Source of the DNA: Burkholderiales bacterium
GTDB taxonomy: Bacteria; Pseudomonadota; Gammaproteobacteria; Burkholderiales; Burkholderiaceae_E
DNA: 56,765 nucleotides
Assembly: GCA_947463885.1 (NCBI GenBank)
Contig: CANHUQ010000001.1
Span: 1 to 56,765, forward strand
Direction of reading: 5' to 3'
The number at the start of each line of letters is the position of its first letter. Position 1 is the stretch's first letter. The translations under genes and the position numbers were made by a program. The notes under the pieces are model-generated. The model was given only the letters and a program-made list of their open reading frames with translations, did not search any database and was not told where the DNA came from. Below are positions 1 to 12,090 of the stretch, piece by piece.

Positions 1-561
1 CACGACGGCGATTCCGGCTTCACGCCCGAATGCATCGGTGCCTTCCAGCTCGATGACGAAATTCAGGCTCTTGTTGAGAATGCGCGGAAACGGGTGAGCC
101 GGGTCAAGAGCAATCGGCGTGAGCAGCGGCTCGATGTCGCGCACGAACACCTGTTCGGCCCATGCGCGCTGGGTCGCGTTCCAGTCCTGACTCATCAGAA
201 TCAGGATCCCTTCGCGGGCAAGCAACGGAATGAGCGTGCCGTTCAGCAAGCGGTACTGTCGGGCCACGAGGCGGCGGGCGCGTTGGGCCACCGCTTGCAA
301 GGCCTCGACCACCGGCCCGGAATCAATATGGGCCAAGGGATCGACCCGCATCAGCTCTTTGAGTTCGGCCACGCGCACCTCGAAGAGCTCATCGAGGTTG
401 TTGCTCACGATGGTGAGGTAGCGCAAGCGTTCAAGCAGGGGCGTGGCGCCCTCTTCGGCCAGCGAGAGCACGCGTTCGTTGAAGGCCAGCAGGCCGAGTT
501 CGCGGTTCAGCAGGCGCGGCGCTGAAGCAGGCAAGGAGGCGTGATCGTTTGAGGCAGACAT
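1..561 (-). CDS. ppk: polyphosphate kinase 1, N-terminal part (gene continues past the left window edge)
   Basis: Manual minus-strand translation from ATG at 561: MSASNDHASLPASAPRLLNRELGLLAFNERVLSLAEEGATPLLERLRYLTIVSNNLDELFEVRVAELKE... This is a typical PPK1 N-terminus. It is absent from the ORF track because it is truncated by the window edge. It is divergent from ppx. Confidence 0.85.
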   Translation of the reverse strand, partial: MSASNDHASLPASAPRLLNRELGLLAFNERVLSLAEEGATPLLERLRYLTIVSNNLDELFEVRVAELKELMRVDPLAHIDSGPVVEALQAVAQRARRLVARQYRLLNGTLIPLLAREGILILMSQDWNATQRAWAEQVFVRDIEPLLTPIALDPAHPFPRILNKSLNFVIELEGTDAFGREAGIAVV

Positions 562-729
562 TCGGTCGATTGTCCATGCGCCGGATGACGCCACCGTGAC
601 GGTCGACGCCGTGGCTGCGCGCTGCGCGGCCTGGGCGTGCTCCAACGTGCTGCGGGACCGCGCGCGTTCGTTGCGCGTTTGGGGTGTCTGGTGCAGCCCG
701 CCCAGGGTACCGGATGATTCTGCGGCAAA

Positions 730-3081
<2,352 letters not shown>

Positions 3082-3084
3082 CGG

Positions 3085-3762
3085 TCAGGCTCCTGAAAGG
3101 GGCGAAGCGGGCGCAGCACCAGACGCAGGCAGGGCGGTGCGCGTATCGAGCAGCAGATGATAATGGACCTGCCCGGCCTTGCCGGCACGATGCAGGATCA
3201 GATCCGGACACTGCGCAAGCGGTGGCGCATCAGGCGCCAGAGGCTGCGCAGATTCCACATAGACCATGCCGCCCGGTGCCAGCACACGCAGCACCGTTGG
3301 CAGCACGCGGGTCAGTGCATCCGACTGAAAAGGCGGATCGAGCAGGATCAGGTCAAAGCGCTGCGTGCACCGGGCCAACCAACCCAGGGCCTCGGCCTGC
3401 ACGATGCTGATCGTGTCGGCATGCAGACGCTCGCGCAGGCGCTGCAATGCGCTGACTGCCTGCGGCTCGCGTTCGACCAGCACCACATGAGCCGCGCCAC
3501 GCGAGGCGGCTTCCAGACCCAGTGCACCCGTGCCGGCGAAGAGGTCCAGACACTGCCATCCCGTCAGGTCCTGACCCAGCCAATTGAAAAGGGTTTCGCG
3601 CACCCGATCAGGGGTGGGCCGCAGTCCGGGCACCTCGGGGACCGGGATCGGCGTGCGTTTCCAGGTCCCGCCGATGATCCGCAGGCGTGCGGGCGGCGCG
3701 GCACGCGACTCAGCGCGAGGCTCAGTGCGCAACGGCGTGCGCGCCTCAGGGCGTGGTTTCAC
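3085..3762 (-). CDS. rsmD: 16S rRNA (guanine966-N2)-methyltransferase
   Basis: LRIIGGTWKRTPIPVPEVPGLRPTPDRVRETLFNWL ... LDPPF motif. Conserved position next to coaD. Confidence 0.85.
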   Translation of the reverse strand: MKPRPEARTPLRTEPRAESRAAPPARLRIIGGTWKRTPIPVPEVPGLRPTPDRVRETLFNWLGQDLTGWQCLDLFAGTGALGLEAASRGAAHVVLVEREPQAVSALQRLRERLHADTISIVQAEALGWLARCTQRFDLILLDPPFQSDALTRVLPTVLRVLAPGGMVYVESAQPLAPDAPPLAQCPDLILHRAGKAGQVHYHLLLDTRTALPASGAAPASPLSGA

Positions 3763-5170
3763 CAGCTCCCACGATGACCGTGACCAGTTGCTTCGGATTG
3801 ATGCGCCGGGAGAACGCTTCTCGCACCTGCGCCGATGAGACCCGCTCGACCTGCTCGGTCCAACGGTCGAGGTAATCGAGCGGCAACCCGTACCAGCCGA
3901 TCAGGGCGAGGTTGCCCAGAATCTTGCCGTTGGAATCGATGCGCAATGCAAACCCACCAACGAGATTTTGCTTGGCCGCCGTGAGTTCAGCCTCGGTGGG
4001 GCCATCGGCCACAAACCCGGCCAGGGTGTCGCGCACCACGGCCAGTGCCTGATCGGTCTGCGCTTTTTGCGTCTGCAGGGACACTACAAACGGGCCGGGC
4101 TGCATCAGCGGGGTGAAACCCGAGCCGACGCTGTAAGACAGGCCGCGCTTCTCACGCACCTCATTGGTCAGACGCGATACGAATCCTCCGCCACCCAACA
4201 CGTAATTGCCCACGAAGAGCGGGAAAAAATCAGGATCGCCGCGTGAGATGAGCGGCGTGCCGATCAGGATATGACTCTGGCTCGCCGGATGCGCGATACG
4301 CCGTTCCGCCGCCACCGGTGCACGGAGCGCAGGCATGGCCGGCGCCGGCTCGCCCTGTGGCAGGTCGCGGGTGAGGCGCTCGGCAATGGCTTGCGCATCG
4401 CTGCGGGTGATGTCGCCAACCAGAGAGATCACCGCACCCGAAGCGCCGAAGCGTGCGCGGTGATAGGCCACCAGGTCGTCGCGCGTGATGGCTGCGATCG
4501 TCTTGGCATCGGAGAGCGTGCCATAGGGGTGATTGGGATAGAGGAGCGGATAGAACGCACGCTGCGCAATGCTGGCCGGTTGTGTCAGGGACTCACGCAG
4601 CGATTGCAGGCTGCGGTCTTGTTCGCGGGCCAGCAGCGCCTGCGGAAAGAGGGGACGCGACACCAGGTCGGCCAGCAACTCGACGGCGGCGTTGCGTTCA
4701 TCGGCACTGGAGAGCGTGCGCAGCGACACCCCCAGGCGATCGTCATCCGTGCCGCCGCCACGAATGGCGCCCAGGTCGGCCAAGCGTTCGGCGATCTGGG
4801 CCTCATCTCGGCCCTCAGAGCCGCGTGCCAGCATGGCACCGGTCATGGACGCCAGACCGTCCTTGCCGGGCGGGTCGTGGCGCGCGCCGGCATCGAAGTC
4901 GATGTTGACATCGAGCATCGGGATGGACGGCGCACGCACGAAGTACACCCTTGCACCACGCGACGTGGTCCAGTGTTCGATGGGCAGCGCGGCCGATGCC
5001 AGAGGACTGACGCACACGAGCAACCAGACGAACAGGCGCACGCATGACGCGCCAGGGCTGTCAGACACGCTGCGCACAGGTCTGGGCAGCTGAACCCAGC
5101 CAGGCAGGCGCAACCAGTGGGCAACACGTTGAAGCAGGGCGGGCACGGGGGACTCCATCGGGGACGCCAT
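3746..5170 (-). CDS. M16 (pitrilysin) family peptidase, non-catalytic-type partner (no HxxEH seen)
   Basis: 474 aa with a signal-like N-terminus and M16 C-terminal-type domains. It lies 5 nt downstream of a second M16 gene that does carry HxxEH. Confidence 0.8.
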   Translation of the reverse strand: MASPMESPVPALLQRVAHWLRLPGWVQLPRPVRSVSDSPGASCVRLFVWLLVCVSPLASAALPIEHWTTSRGARVYFVRAPSIPMLDVNIDFDAGARHDPPGKDGLASMTGAMLARGSEGRDEAQIAERLADLGAIRGGGTDDDRLGVSLRTLSSADERNAAVELLADLVSRPLFPQALLAREQDRSLQSLRESLTQPASIAQRAFYPLLYPNHPYGTLSDAKTIAAITRDDLVAYHRARFGASGAVISLVGDITRSDAQAIAERLTRDLPQGEPAPAMPALRAPVAAERRIAHPASQSHILIGTPLISRGDPDFFPLFVGNYVLGGGGFVSRLTNEVREKRGLSYSVGSGFTPLMQPGPFVVSLQTQKAQTDQALAVVRDTLAGFVADGPTEAELTAAKQNLVGGFALRIDSNGKILGNLALIGWYGLPLDYLDRWTEQVERVSSAQVREAFSRRINPKQLVTVIVGAGETTP

Positions 5171-5175
5171 GGCGA

Positions 5176-6696
5176 TCAGTGCCGGGCACCGGTCGGGGCC
5201 GGTGTGGCGCGCGGTGCACCGAGCGGTTGCGGCAACAGAGTGGCAACCGTGAGGGCGTCGTCGCCGAAATACTTGGCGGCAACGGCTTTCACCTCATCGA
5301 CGGTCACCGAACGCACCTGATCGAGGATGCGATCGGCATCACGGTAGGACAGACCCACCATTTCCAATCCGGCCAGCTCCATCGCCTGCGCAAAGATCGA
5401 ATCGCGCTTGTAGACCCGCGACGACACATACTGAACCTTGGCGCGGGCAAGCTCGGCTGCGGGCACCCCCTCGGCCGCGATGCGGGCGATCTCGGCGCGC
5501 AGCGCCTGCTCAAGCTCGGCCGTGGTGCGACCATCGGCAGGTGTGCCGTCGAGGGTGAACTGGGCCGGCCCGCGTTGCGTCATGCTGTAGCCGGCGCCGG
5601 CCCGATTGGCCACCCGCGACCCGCGCACCACGTTGCGGGTAAGGCGGGTGCTGTCGCCCCCGTCCAGCAGCGTGGACAGCAGTTCGAGTGCGTAAGGTTC
5701 TCGATCGCCGTCGATGCTGCGCAAACCCGGCACCCTGAATGCGAGCGCCACATAAGGATTTTCTGCAGGCGCTTTGACCTGGATGCGGCGCAGGCCAAGC
5801 TGAGGCGGTTCGTCTTGCGGCTTGCGTGCGGGCACCGGACGGGTGGCCACCTTGCCGTACGTGGTCTCGGCCAACGCAATGACGGCTGCAGGCTCCACAT
5901 CACCCGCAACCACCAGCACCGCATTGGCAGGCGAATACCAGGCGTCGTACCAGGCCTGTGCATCGTCGACGGTCATGGCTTGCAGATCGGCCATCCAGCC
6001 CACAATGGGCGCGCGATAAGGGTGCGCCGTGAAGGCGGTTGCCATCAGCTGCTCGTAGAGCACGCCCGAGGCGCGGTCTTCGGTGCGCAGCCGGCGCTCT
6101 TCCATGACGACCTTGATCTCCTTGTCGAACTCCTCTTTCGACAGGCGCAGATTGGCCATGCGATCGGCCTCCAGAGCCATGACTTCAGCCAGTCTGGACT
6201 TGTGAATCTGCTGGAAATACCCGGTGTAGTCGCGCGAGGTGAAGGCATTCTCGCGCCCGCCCATGGCGGCCACGCGCTTGGAGAACTCGCCAGGTGCGAC
6301 GGTGGCTGTGCCCTTGAACATCATGTGCTCCAGGACATGAGCCACGCCGGTGCGACCGTTGACTTCATCCATGGAGCCCGCGCGGTACCAGACCATGTGC
6401 GCCACAGTGGGCGCCCGCCGATCGGGCTTGACCAGCACCTTCATGCCGTTGGCCAACCGGTGCTCGACGGCCGCGCGCTCCGTGACCTGAGGTGCGGCTT
6501 CTGTAGATCCGGCAGCGACCACCGGGCCCGGGGTTGCAGCACTCCCCGCCTGCGCCACGCCAGGCGTGCCCGCCCCAGGCGCGGCGCAAGCGCCGAGCAG
6601 GAGCGCAGCCGACAGCACACCAGCGGATAAAACGCCGGCGCGCGAGCGCACGGAACATTGAACAAGGGAGGCCATCAGGTGGACGAGGGCACGCAT
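5176..6696 (-). CDS. M16 family zinc peptidase (HxxEH type)
   Basis: HVLEHMMFKGT zinc-binding motif. I used ATG 6696 (MRALVHLMAS..., followed by a signal-like segment). The ORF-track extension to 7116 overlaps the ftsY promoter and start region. Confidence 0.85.
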   Translation of the reverse strand: MRALVHLMASLVQCSVRSRAGVLSAGVLSAALLLGACAAPGAGTPGVAQAGSAATPGPVVAAGSTEAAPQVTERAAVEHRLANGMKVLVKPDRRAPTVAHMVWYRAGSMDEVNGRTGVAHVLEHMMFKGTATVAPGEFSKRVAAMGGRENAFTSRDYTGYFQQIHKSRLAEVMALEADRMANLRLSKEEFDKEIKVVMEERRLRTEDRASGVLYEQLMATAFTAHPYRAPIVGWMADLQAMTVDDAQAWYDAWYSPANAVLVVAGDVEPAAVIALAETTYGKVATRPVPARKPQDEPPQLGLRRIQVKAPAENPYVALAFRVPGLRSIDGDREPYALELLSTLLDGGDSTRLTRNVVRGSRVANRAGAGYSMTQRGPAQFTLDGTPADGRTTAELEQALRAEIARIAAEGVPAAELARAKVQYVSSRVYKRDSIFAQAMELAGLEMVGLSYRDADRILDQVRSVTVDEVKAVAAKYFGDDALTVATLLPQPLGAPRATPAPTGARH

Positions 6697-6832
6697 CAGT
6701 GTCGGCTTGAAGGGGAGACGCGGGGCCGTGGCTGCGCGGCCCCATGCAGCGGGGCGCTGTGACGGCCAGCGTAGAATCAAAGGCTGTCCAGTGTACTTGA
6801 GGCGCCGATCAGCCCCGGCGTTGTCCCTGCCG

Positions 6833-7969
6833 ATGTTCGGATTCCTTCGCCGGAAAAAGCCGGCTACTGCCGAGGCCGCGCCACAGGTCAACCCTGAGGC
6901 CGATGCCCATCTTCCAGTGGCCGATGCTCCTGTAGCAGACGTCACTGCAGCCGACGCGCCAATCGCCGATGCCGGGCTGGTCTCTGCACCGCCCATCGCT
7001 GAACAGCCCTCTGCCTGGCTTGCCACCGAACCGGCCGAGAGCACGGCGTCGATTGATCCGGCGCGCGGCGGATGGATGAACCGGCTGCGCCAGGGACTGT
7101 CGCGTACCCGCGGCAATCTCTCGGGGCTGTTTACCGGAGTGCGGGTCGACGAAGCACTCTTCGAAGACCTGGAATCGGCCCTGCTGATGAGTGACGCGGG
7201 TGTTCAGACCACACAGTGGCTGATTGCGGCCCTGCGGGAGCGGGTCAAGCGCGACAAGCTCACGGAAGCTCAGCAGGTGAAGGCCGCTCTGCGCAGCCTG
7301 CTGGTCGAAGTGCTGACGCCGCTCGAGCAGCCCATGGACATCGACCGCGCCCTGCCGGTGGTGATGATGATCACCGGCGTGAACGGGGCCGGCAAAACCA
7401 CGTCCATCGGCAAGCTGGCCCGGCATCTGCATCGCGAAAACAAAGCCGTGCTGCTGGCCGCAGGCGATACCTTCCGCGCCGCTGCCCGCGAGCAGCTCGC
7501 GCAATGGGGGCAACGCAACGAAGTCGATGTGATCGCCCAGGAAGGCGGGGACCCTGCAGCCGTGGCCTTTGATGCCGTGGCCGCAGGCCGGGCGCGGTCC
7601 ACTGGTGTGGTGATCGTCGACACCGCGGGGCGTCTGCCAACACAAAATCACCTGATGGATGAGCTGAAAAAAGTGCGCCGGGTGATTGGAAAAGCCATGA
7701 GCGGTGCGCCGCATGAAGTGCTGCTTGTACTGGACGGTAATACCGGGCAGAACATGCTGGCCCAGGTCAAGGCCTTCGACGACGCGGTGCAACTCACCGG
7801 ACTGATCGTGACCAAACTGGATGGGACCGCCAAAGGTGGCGCGCTCGCGGCGCTGGCGCATACCCGGCGCGAACACCCGATCCCGGTCTACTTCATTGGC
7901 GTGGGCGAAGGCATTGACGATCTGCAGGCGTTTTCCGCCGAGGAGTTTGCTGCCGCGCTGGTCGATTGA
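6833..7969 (+). CDS. ftsY: signal recognition particle receptor FtsY
   Basis: Acidic N-terminal region, then an SRP GTPase domain: GVNGAGKTTSIGKLA, DTAGR, TKLDGTAKGG. ATG at 6833 (MFGFLRRKK). Confidence 0.95.
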   Translation: MFGFLRRKKPATAEAAPQVNPEADAHLPVADAPVADVTAADAPIADAGLVSAPPIAEQPSAWLATEPAESTASIDPARGGWMNRLRQGLSRTRGNLSGLFTGVRVDEALFEDLESALLMSDAGVQTTQWLIAALRERVKRDKLTEAQQVKAALRSLLVEVLTPLEQPMDIDRALPVVMMITGVNGAGKTTSIGKLARHLHRENKAVLLAAGDTFRAAAREQLAQWGQRNEVDVIAQEGGDPAAVAFDAVAAGRARSTGVVIVDTAGRLPTQNHLMDELKKVRRVIGKAMSGAPHEVLLVLDGNTGQNMLAQVKAFDDAVQLTGLIVTKLDGTAKGGALAALAHTRREHPIPVYFIGVGEGIDDLQAFSAEEFAAALVD

Positions 7970-8066
7970 GCGGAGCGGGCGGCCGAGCGCTGGTACGGAG
8001 CTCGCGCCGAACAGTCCACTGACCGGTCCACTGACCAGTCTGCTGGTCGGTCCGGTGGTCGATCCA

Positions 8067-8846
8067 TCATGGGCCTGAATAGACGCAGCGAAAGCCCACA
8101 TAGACCGCATAAAACGCCGCGGGCTTGTACTGCATACCCTCGCGCTGCGTTTGCGCAGACCCATACCACCATGAGCCACCTGCAGTCAGGCGCTCATCGC
8201 CCCGGGCATCGGCCAACCACTCCCAGAGGTTGCCGGCCATGTCGTGCAATCCATTGACGCCGGCAGGCGTGACACCGGTGGGTGCATGGCGGGCATAGCC
8301 GTCGGCCACGCCTGAGAGATTGGCGCCGGCGGTGGATTCACCGCTGGGATACGGATACGTGCGGCCTCGAACGAATGGGGCAACAGGCGAGGCGCGCGAC
8401 TCGGTATAGGCCGCCTGCGCCCATTCGTCGCGGGTGGGCAATCGCCCGCCCGCCCAGGCGCAAAAATCGCGCGCCTCGAACCAACTGACATGGGCCGCAG
8501 GATCGTCGGCACGTGCCGGCTCGCCGGACGGGGCGCGAAAACTCCAGCCAACGCGCCGCTCCCAACCCGCACCCCACTCAAACCCCCCGCCCTCTCGCTC
8601 GGCGGCACTCGTGCGGCCCGTGGCGCGCAAAAAGGCATCGAAGCGAGCGACACTCACCTCGGTGCGGTCGATCCGAAACCCTGCAATGGGCACGGCGGCA
8701 GCCGCCAACGCGCGCGCGGGCGCCTCGGCGAACACGGTCGGCACACCGCTGCCGAGCAGCAGAGCCAGCATGAAGTCGGCCCGCCGCCGCGACAGCCATG
8801 ACGGGGCGCTTCCTTGCATTGGGAACGAGGGAGTGGTCATGTGCAT
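8067..8846 (-). CDS. formylglycine-generating-enzyme (FGE-sulfatase/SUMF1) domain protein, secreted
   Basis: HVSWFEARDFCAWAGGRLPTRDEW, GNLWEWL, GGSWWY, FRCV are hallmarks of the FGE-sulfatase fold. It has an N-terminal signal-like segment. Confidence 0.8.
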   Translation of the reverse strand: MHMTTPSFPMQGSAPSWLSRRRADFMLALLLGSGVPTVFAEAPARALAAAAVPIAGFRIDRTEVSVARFDAFLRATGRTSAAEREGGGFEWGAGWERRVGWSFRAPSGEPARADDPAAHVSWFEARDFCAWAGGRLPTRDEWAQAAYTESRASPVAPFVRGRTYPYPSGESTAGANLSGVADGYARHAPTGVTPAGVNGLHDMAGNLWEWLADARGDERLTAGGSWWYGSAQTQREGMQYKPAAFYAVYVGFRCVYSGP

Positions 8847-8879
8847 TCGGTCAACTCAAAATGCATGTCAGGAGGTTTG

Positions 8880-9923
8880 TCAGGGCGCGCATGAGCGCAG
8901 CGTAAACACCGGGTGCAGTTCGCCCACGCGCAAGCCTGCCATGTTGTGCAAAGGCATGCGGGCATAGCGGGACAGATGCGAATCGTCAGGGTCCGCCAGA
9001 CCCAATGTGCGCAGCACTTCGACTGCGGCCACATAGCGGGCATGAGCATGGCCGTCGGCGATTTTGATGGCGATCCCCAACCCGCGCGATCGGATGGCGA
9101 AGGTCTGCACGCCGTCGGCGCCCGCCTTGGCCACCCAGTCGCCCCGCCCGGCTAGGCTGAAATGCAGATCGGGGCGATCCGTCCCTGACACCATGTCGGG
9201 ATGGCGGGTCATGACGCTGAAGATCTGCTCGAAGCAGGCATCGGTGTGCGCATGGCCACTGCCCGATGCCACCATGGCCCAGAGGCGGGCGAGTTGCGCA
9301 AGCGGCAGCGCAAGGTTGGGCGCGCTGCACCCATCGGTGCCTGTGGCCAGAGTGTCGGGCTGTGCGCCCAACAGACGGGCCACTTCATGGCGGATGCGTT
9401 GCTGCAGCGGATGCTGGGGATCCAGGTAGGACTCGGTCGGCAAGCCATGCAGGGCGCAATAGGCAAGAAAGCCTGCATGCTTGCCCGAGCAGTTGTGATG
9501 ACGCGCATCGAAGCGCGCCTCAGCAGGCACCGCACGGCCGGTGGCCTCATACACGTACGGCACATGACATCCACAGCGCAGTCGGGCCATGGTCTGGCCG
9601 GCCTTGCTGAGCAGACCGTCGACCGCCTCGACATGCGCGGCTTCGCCCGAGTGGCTGGCGGTGAGCAGCGCCGTTTCCTGCGTCGTCAGCCCGAAATGGC
9701 GCGGCCCATCGTCCAGCAGAAAGGGCAATGCCTGGAAGGCTTTCAGTGCCGAGCGGGTAAAGGTGACGAAGGTCGGGTCGCCAGCCGAGTGCAGCAGAGT
9801 GCCCTGGGCATCAACCACGGCAATCGAACCGTAATGGACGTTTTCAGGGGTGTGGCCGCGCCGTGAGACGACCAGCGGCACATGGGCGCCAAATGAGGCG
9901 ATGGAGGCAGAAGAGGCGGACAT
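8880..9923 (-). CDS. asparaginase II family protein (Rhizobium AnsA-type, PF06089-like)
   Basis: ENVHYGSIAVVDAQG, TRSALKAFQALP, SHSGE, NCSGKHAGFL, GTDGCSAPN, KAGADGV. These are collinear with the R. etli thermolabile asparaginase family. Confidence 0.85.
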   Translation of the reverse strand: MSASSASIASFGAHVPLVVSRRGHTPENVHYGSIAVVDAQGTLLHSAGDPTFVTFTRSALKAFQALPFLLDDGPRHFGLTTQETALLTASHSGEAAHVEAVDGLLSKAGQTMARLRCGCHVPYVYEATGRAVPAEARFDARHHNCSGKHAGFLAYCALHGLPTESYLDPQHPLQQRIRHEVARLLGAQPDTLATGTDGCSAPNLALPLAQLARLWAMVASGSGHAHTDACFEQIFSVMTRHPDMVSGTDRPDLHFSLAGRGDWVAKAGADGVQTFAIRSRGLGIAIKIADGHAHARYVAAVEVLRTLGLADPDDSHLSRYARMPLHNMAGLRVGELHPVFTLRSCAP

Positions 9924-9981
9924 GCCTCATTGTAGGCATGCCCACGGCGCACATGCCCCAGCGCGCGTGCGCCAGACGGTG

Positions 9982-11088
9982 TCAGGGACGCAGCGCGCTC
10001 GCCCCGGAGCGGGCTGCATTGAGCAGCGCCACCCCAACACGGCGTGCGTGTCGCGCTGTGCTGAGGATCGGCGGCGAAGCACGCAGGCGCCTGACCGTGC
10101 GCCGCGCCTGAAAGCGCGAGGCGCGCAGCCAGCTGGGCTCGACCGCACCTTGCATCAGTGCGATGCAGTCGGTACTCGCCGAGCGCTTGTACTCCATGTC
10201 GCCGCTGCTGAAGTCGATGGTGTCGATCCCGATCGATGGCGCATGCTCGGCCATGCGTAACAGCAAACCTAAGCCCGGGGACAGGGTCGCAAGCTCACGA
10301 TCATAGGTAGGCAAATAGTGGTGCCAGACGCGCTCGGAGCGCATGCCCAGATGCACCGCAGCCAACCTGTCGCCCGCATAGAGTGTTGACATCATGGCGC
10401 TCAGCCCCGGGGTGGTCGCTTCGCGCAGACGCTCGAGATACGCCCTCACCCAGGCGATGCTGAAGTTGTCCACCAGGCCTGAGCGACGGTACTGCGCTGA
10501 CTTCCAGGCCACCAACTGACTCCAGGCACGCGGGTCATGCGTGTGCGCCTCAAAGCGCAGCGGCCCGAACTGGCGCTCAAGACGCCGCAGCTTTGCCGCG
10601 GTACGCCGAATCCAACCACTGCGGGCCTCGATAGCCGTGCGGTACGCCGCAAAGCCCTCATCGAGCCGCAGCAGCCAGGCGCTGACCTGATCGGTCTCAT
10701 ACGCTGCGAATCCGGGCATCCCCGCAGGCAGGTGATCGAATCGCCAAGACCGGATGCCACAGGCCTTCAGCCAAACACTGGGATCGAGGTCGATGCGCGG
10801 ATCGAGCAAGGGCGCATGAGCATCCGACATATGCGCACACAGCGGCATCGCCCTGCCCAGCGCAGCCGGCTCGAACGCATGAAAGCCCGCCACCGCCCCC
10901 TCGCTTTCAATCACCGCAATGCGCGAACGCGGGCGCACCTCGCCGACCAACTGCGCAAATTCCGGCGCGAAAAAGGGACTGCGCAACGCAGGCGCGGCAT
11001 CGGGCGCTTCGCGCAAGGCGCGCCAGCGCGCAATCAGGGACGCATCGAGTTCGCTTGGGGGCAGCAGGTGGACTTTCATGACCGCCAT
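9982..11088 (-). CDS. GNAT / FemAB-like (CelD, BioF2-like) acetyltransferase-fold protein
   Basis: About 368 aa from ATG 11088 (MAVMKVHLLPPSELDASLIARWRAL...). Length, N-terminal pattern and a divergent CE4 deacetylase partner are typical of EPS-locus FemAB-related proteins. This is a family-level call only. Confidence 0.55.
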   Translation of the reverse strand: MAVMKVHLLPPSELDASLIARWRALREAPDAAPALRSPFFAPEFAQLVGEVRPRSRIAVIESEGAVAGFHAFEPAALGRAMPLCAHMSDAHAPLLDPRIDLDPSVWLKACGIRSWRFDHLPAGMPGFAAYETDQVSAWLLRLDEGFAAYRTAIEARSGWIRRTAAKLRRLERQFGPLRFEAHTHDPRAWSQLVAWKSAQYRRSGLVDNFSIAWVRAYLERLREATTPGLSAMMSTLYAGDRLAAVHLGMRSERVWHHYLPTYDRELATLSPGLGLLLRMAEHAPSIGIDTIDFSSGDMEYKRSASTDCIALMQGAVEPSWLRASRFQARRTVRRLRASPPILSTARHARRVGVALLNAARSGASALRP

Positions 11089-11231
11089 GCTGCCCGCGCA
11101 GGCGTGGGGACACAGCGGGCAATCTGCCTGCGTCGATGTAGGAGGCGCTGCCGCACTGAGCCTGCGCAGTGCGGCGCGTGCAGGACAAGAAGACGATGCG
11201 ACATCGACACCCTCCAAGCGCCGGTGTGCCT

Positions 11232-12074
11232 ATGCCTCGCAGTGTTCCGATCCTGATGTACCACGCCATTGCGCCGGTTGCCTGCGCACGCGAAGCGGCC
11301 TACACCACCCCGCCTGACGTCTTCGCGCGGCAGATGCAGTATCTGCATCGACGCGGCTATCTGGTGCTATCGGTGGGCGAACTGATGCGTCGCCTCGATC
11401 GCAATGAAACCCTGCCGGATCGCACTCTTGCACTCAGCGTGGACGACGGCTTTGCGTGTGCCCATGATGCCGCTCTGCCCATCCTGCAGACCTACGGACA
11501 CGGGGCCACGGTGTATGTAATCAGCGGCTATCTGGACCGCATGGCGCGATTCGATCTGGACCTGGGTATTCCCGCGCGCCCTATGCTGGCCCGCAGCCAG
11601 GTGCAGGCGCTGCATGCGGCGGGCATCGAGATTGGCGCGCACACGGTCAACCATGTGGATCTGCGCACGCTCTCGGCCCCGGCTTTGCGCAATGAACTCG
11701 AACGCTCGCGGCATGATCTGCAGGATCTGATCGGTGCGCCCGTGGACAGCTTTGCGTATCCGCGTGGTTTGTTCGATCGCACGGTCCAGCGTGCGGTGCA
11801 GGAAGCCAACTATCGCAGTGCCTGTTCCACTCTGCCGGGATCGGTGTCGGTGCGCACCGACCGACTGGCGTTGCGACGAGCGCAAATCGGTCATGACCCG
11901 CACGAGGCCGCCTTCGAGGCCATCCTGCGCTGGGGCAGTGCGCCATCGAGGCTGGTGCGGTCTGCAGTACGCGGCGCGCTGGTGGCCGTCTGTGCGCCGA
12001 TCATGGGGGTCGATCCGATGGATTGCCGGCTGCGCCCGCTGCGCCAGTCTTTGCGCCGTGCCACAAGCAGCTGA
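11232..12074 (+). CDS. polysaccharide deacetylase (NodB homology / CE4)
   Basis: PILMYHAI, LSVDDGF, HTVNHVDL, FAYPRG are the CE4 catalytic motifs. ATG 11232. Confidence 0.8.
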   Translation: MPRSVPILMYHAIAPVACAREAAYTTPPDVFARQMQYLHRRGYLVLSVGELMRRLDRNETLPDRTLALSVDDGFACAHDAALPILQTYGHGATVYVISGYLDRMARFDLDLGIPARPMLARSQVQALHAAGIEIGAHTVNHVDLRTLSAPALRNELERSRHDLQDLIGAPVDSFAYPRGLFDRTVQRAVQEANYRSACSTLPGSVSVRTDRLALRRAQIGHDPHEAAFEAILRWGSAPSRLVRSAVRGALVAVCAPIMGVDPMDCRLRPLRQSLRRATSS

Positions 12075-12090
12075 ACCCAGGCTGCGCCGC

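Noticed and set aside
5044-6630. 528-aa plus-strand ORF, and similar very long ORFs: 6809..8179(-), 37379..39319(+), 49456..51147(+), 21309..22313(-), 26509..27684(-), 24254..25261(+).
   Set aside because: Each lies antisense to, or out of frame with, a gene that has strong family motifs (M16 peptidase, ftsY, Wzy, coxA, and so on). Their products are Arg/His/Gly/Gln-rich with no recognisable motifs. These are typical high-GC shadow ORFs.
5176-7116. Long N-terminal extensions in many track ORFs, e.g. 5176..7116, 9982..11217, 15899..17392, 18610..19764, 25297..26235, 33191..34744, 36201..37799, 42786..43547, 51114..52475, 52900..54267.
   Set aside because: The extensions are low-complexity Arg/Pro/Ala sequence that overlaps neighbouring genes or promoters. 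Internal ATGs coincide with conserved family N-termini, signal peptides, RBS-like purine runs or ATGA/TGATG coupling to the upstream stop. I reported the trimmed coordinates instead.
8014-8061. Decayed 12-bp tandem repeat (GTCCACTGACCG, GTCCACTGACCA, GTCTGCTGGTCG, GTCCGGTGGTCG) between convergent ftsY and the FGE-like gene.
   Set aside because: Only two near-identical copies. It lies in a 3'/3' intergenic spacer with no obvious hairpin or coding role. I mention it only as part of the period-12 repeat theme.
9921-9940. Hairpin CATGCCT-cattgt-AGGCATG overlapping the asparaginase II start codon and RBS.
   Set aside because: The stem is only 7 bp, so chance occurrence is plausible, and I cannot evaluate supporting conservation. 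It is too weak to propose translational control.
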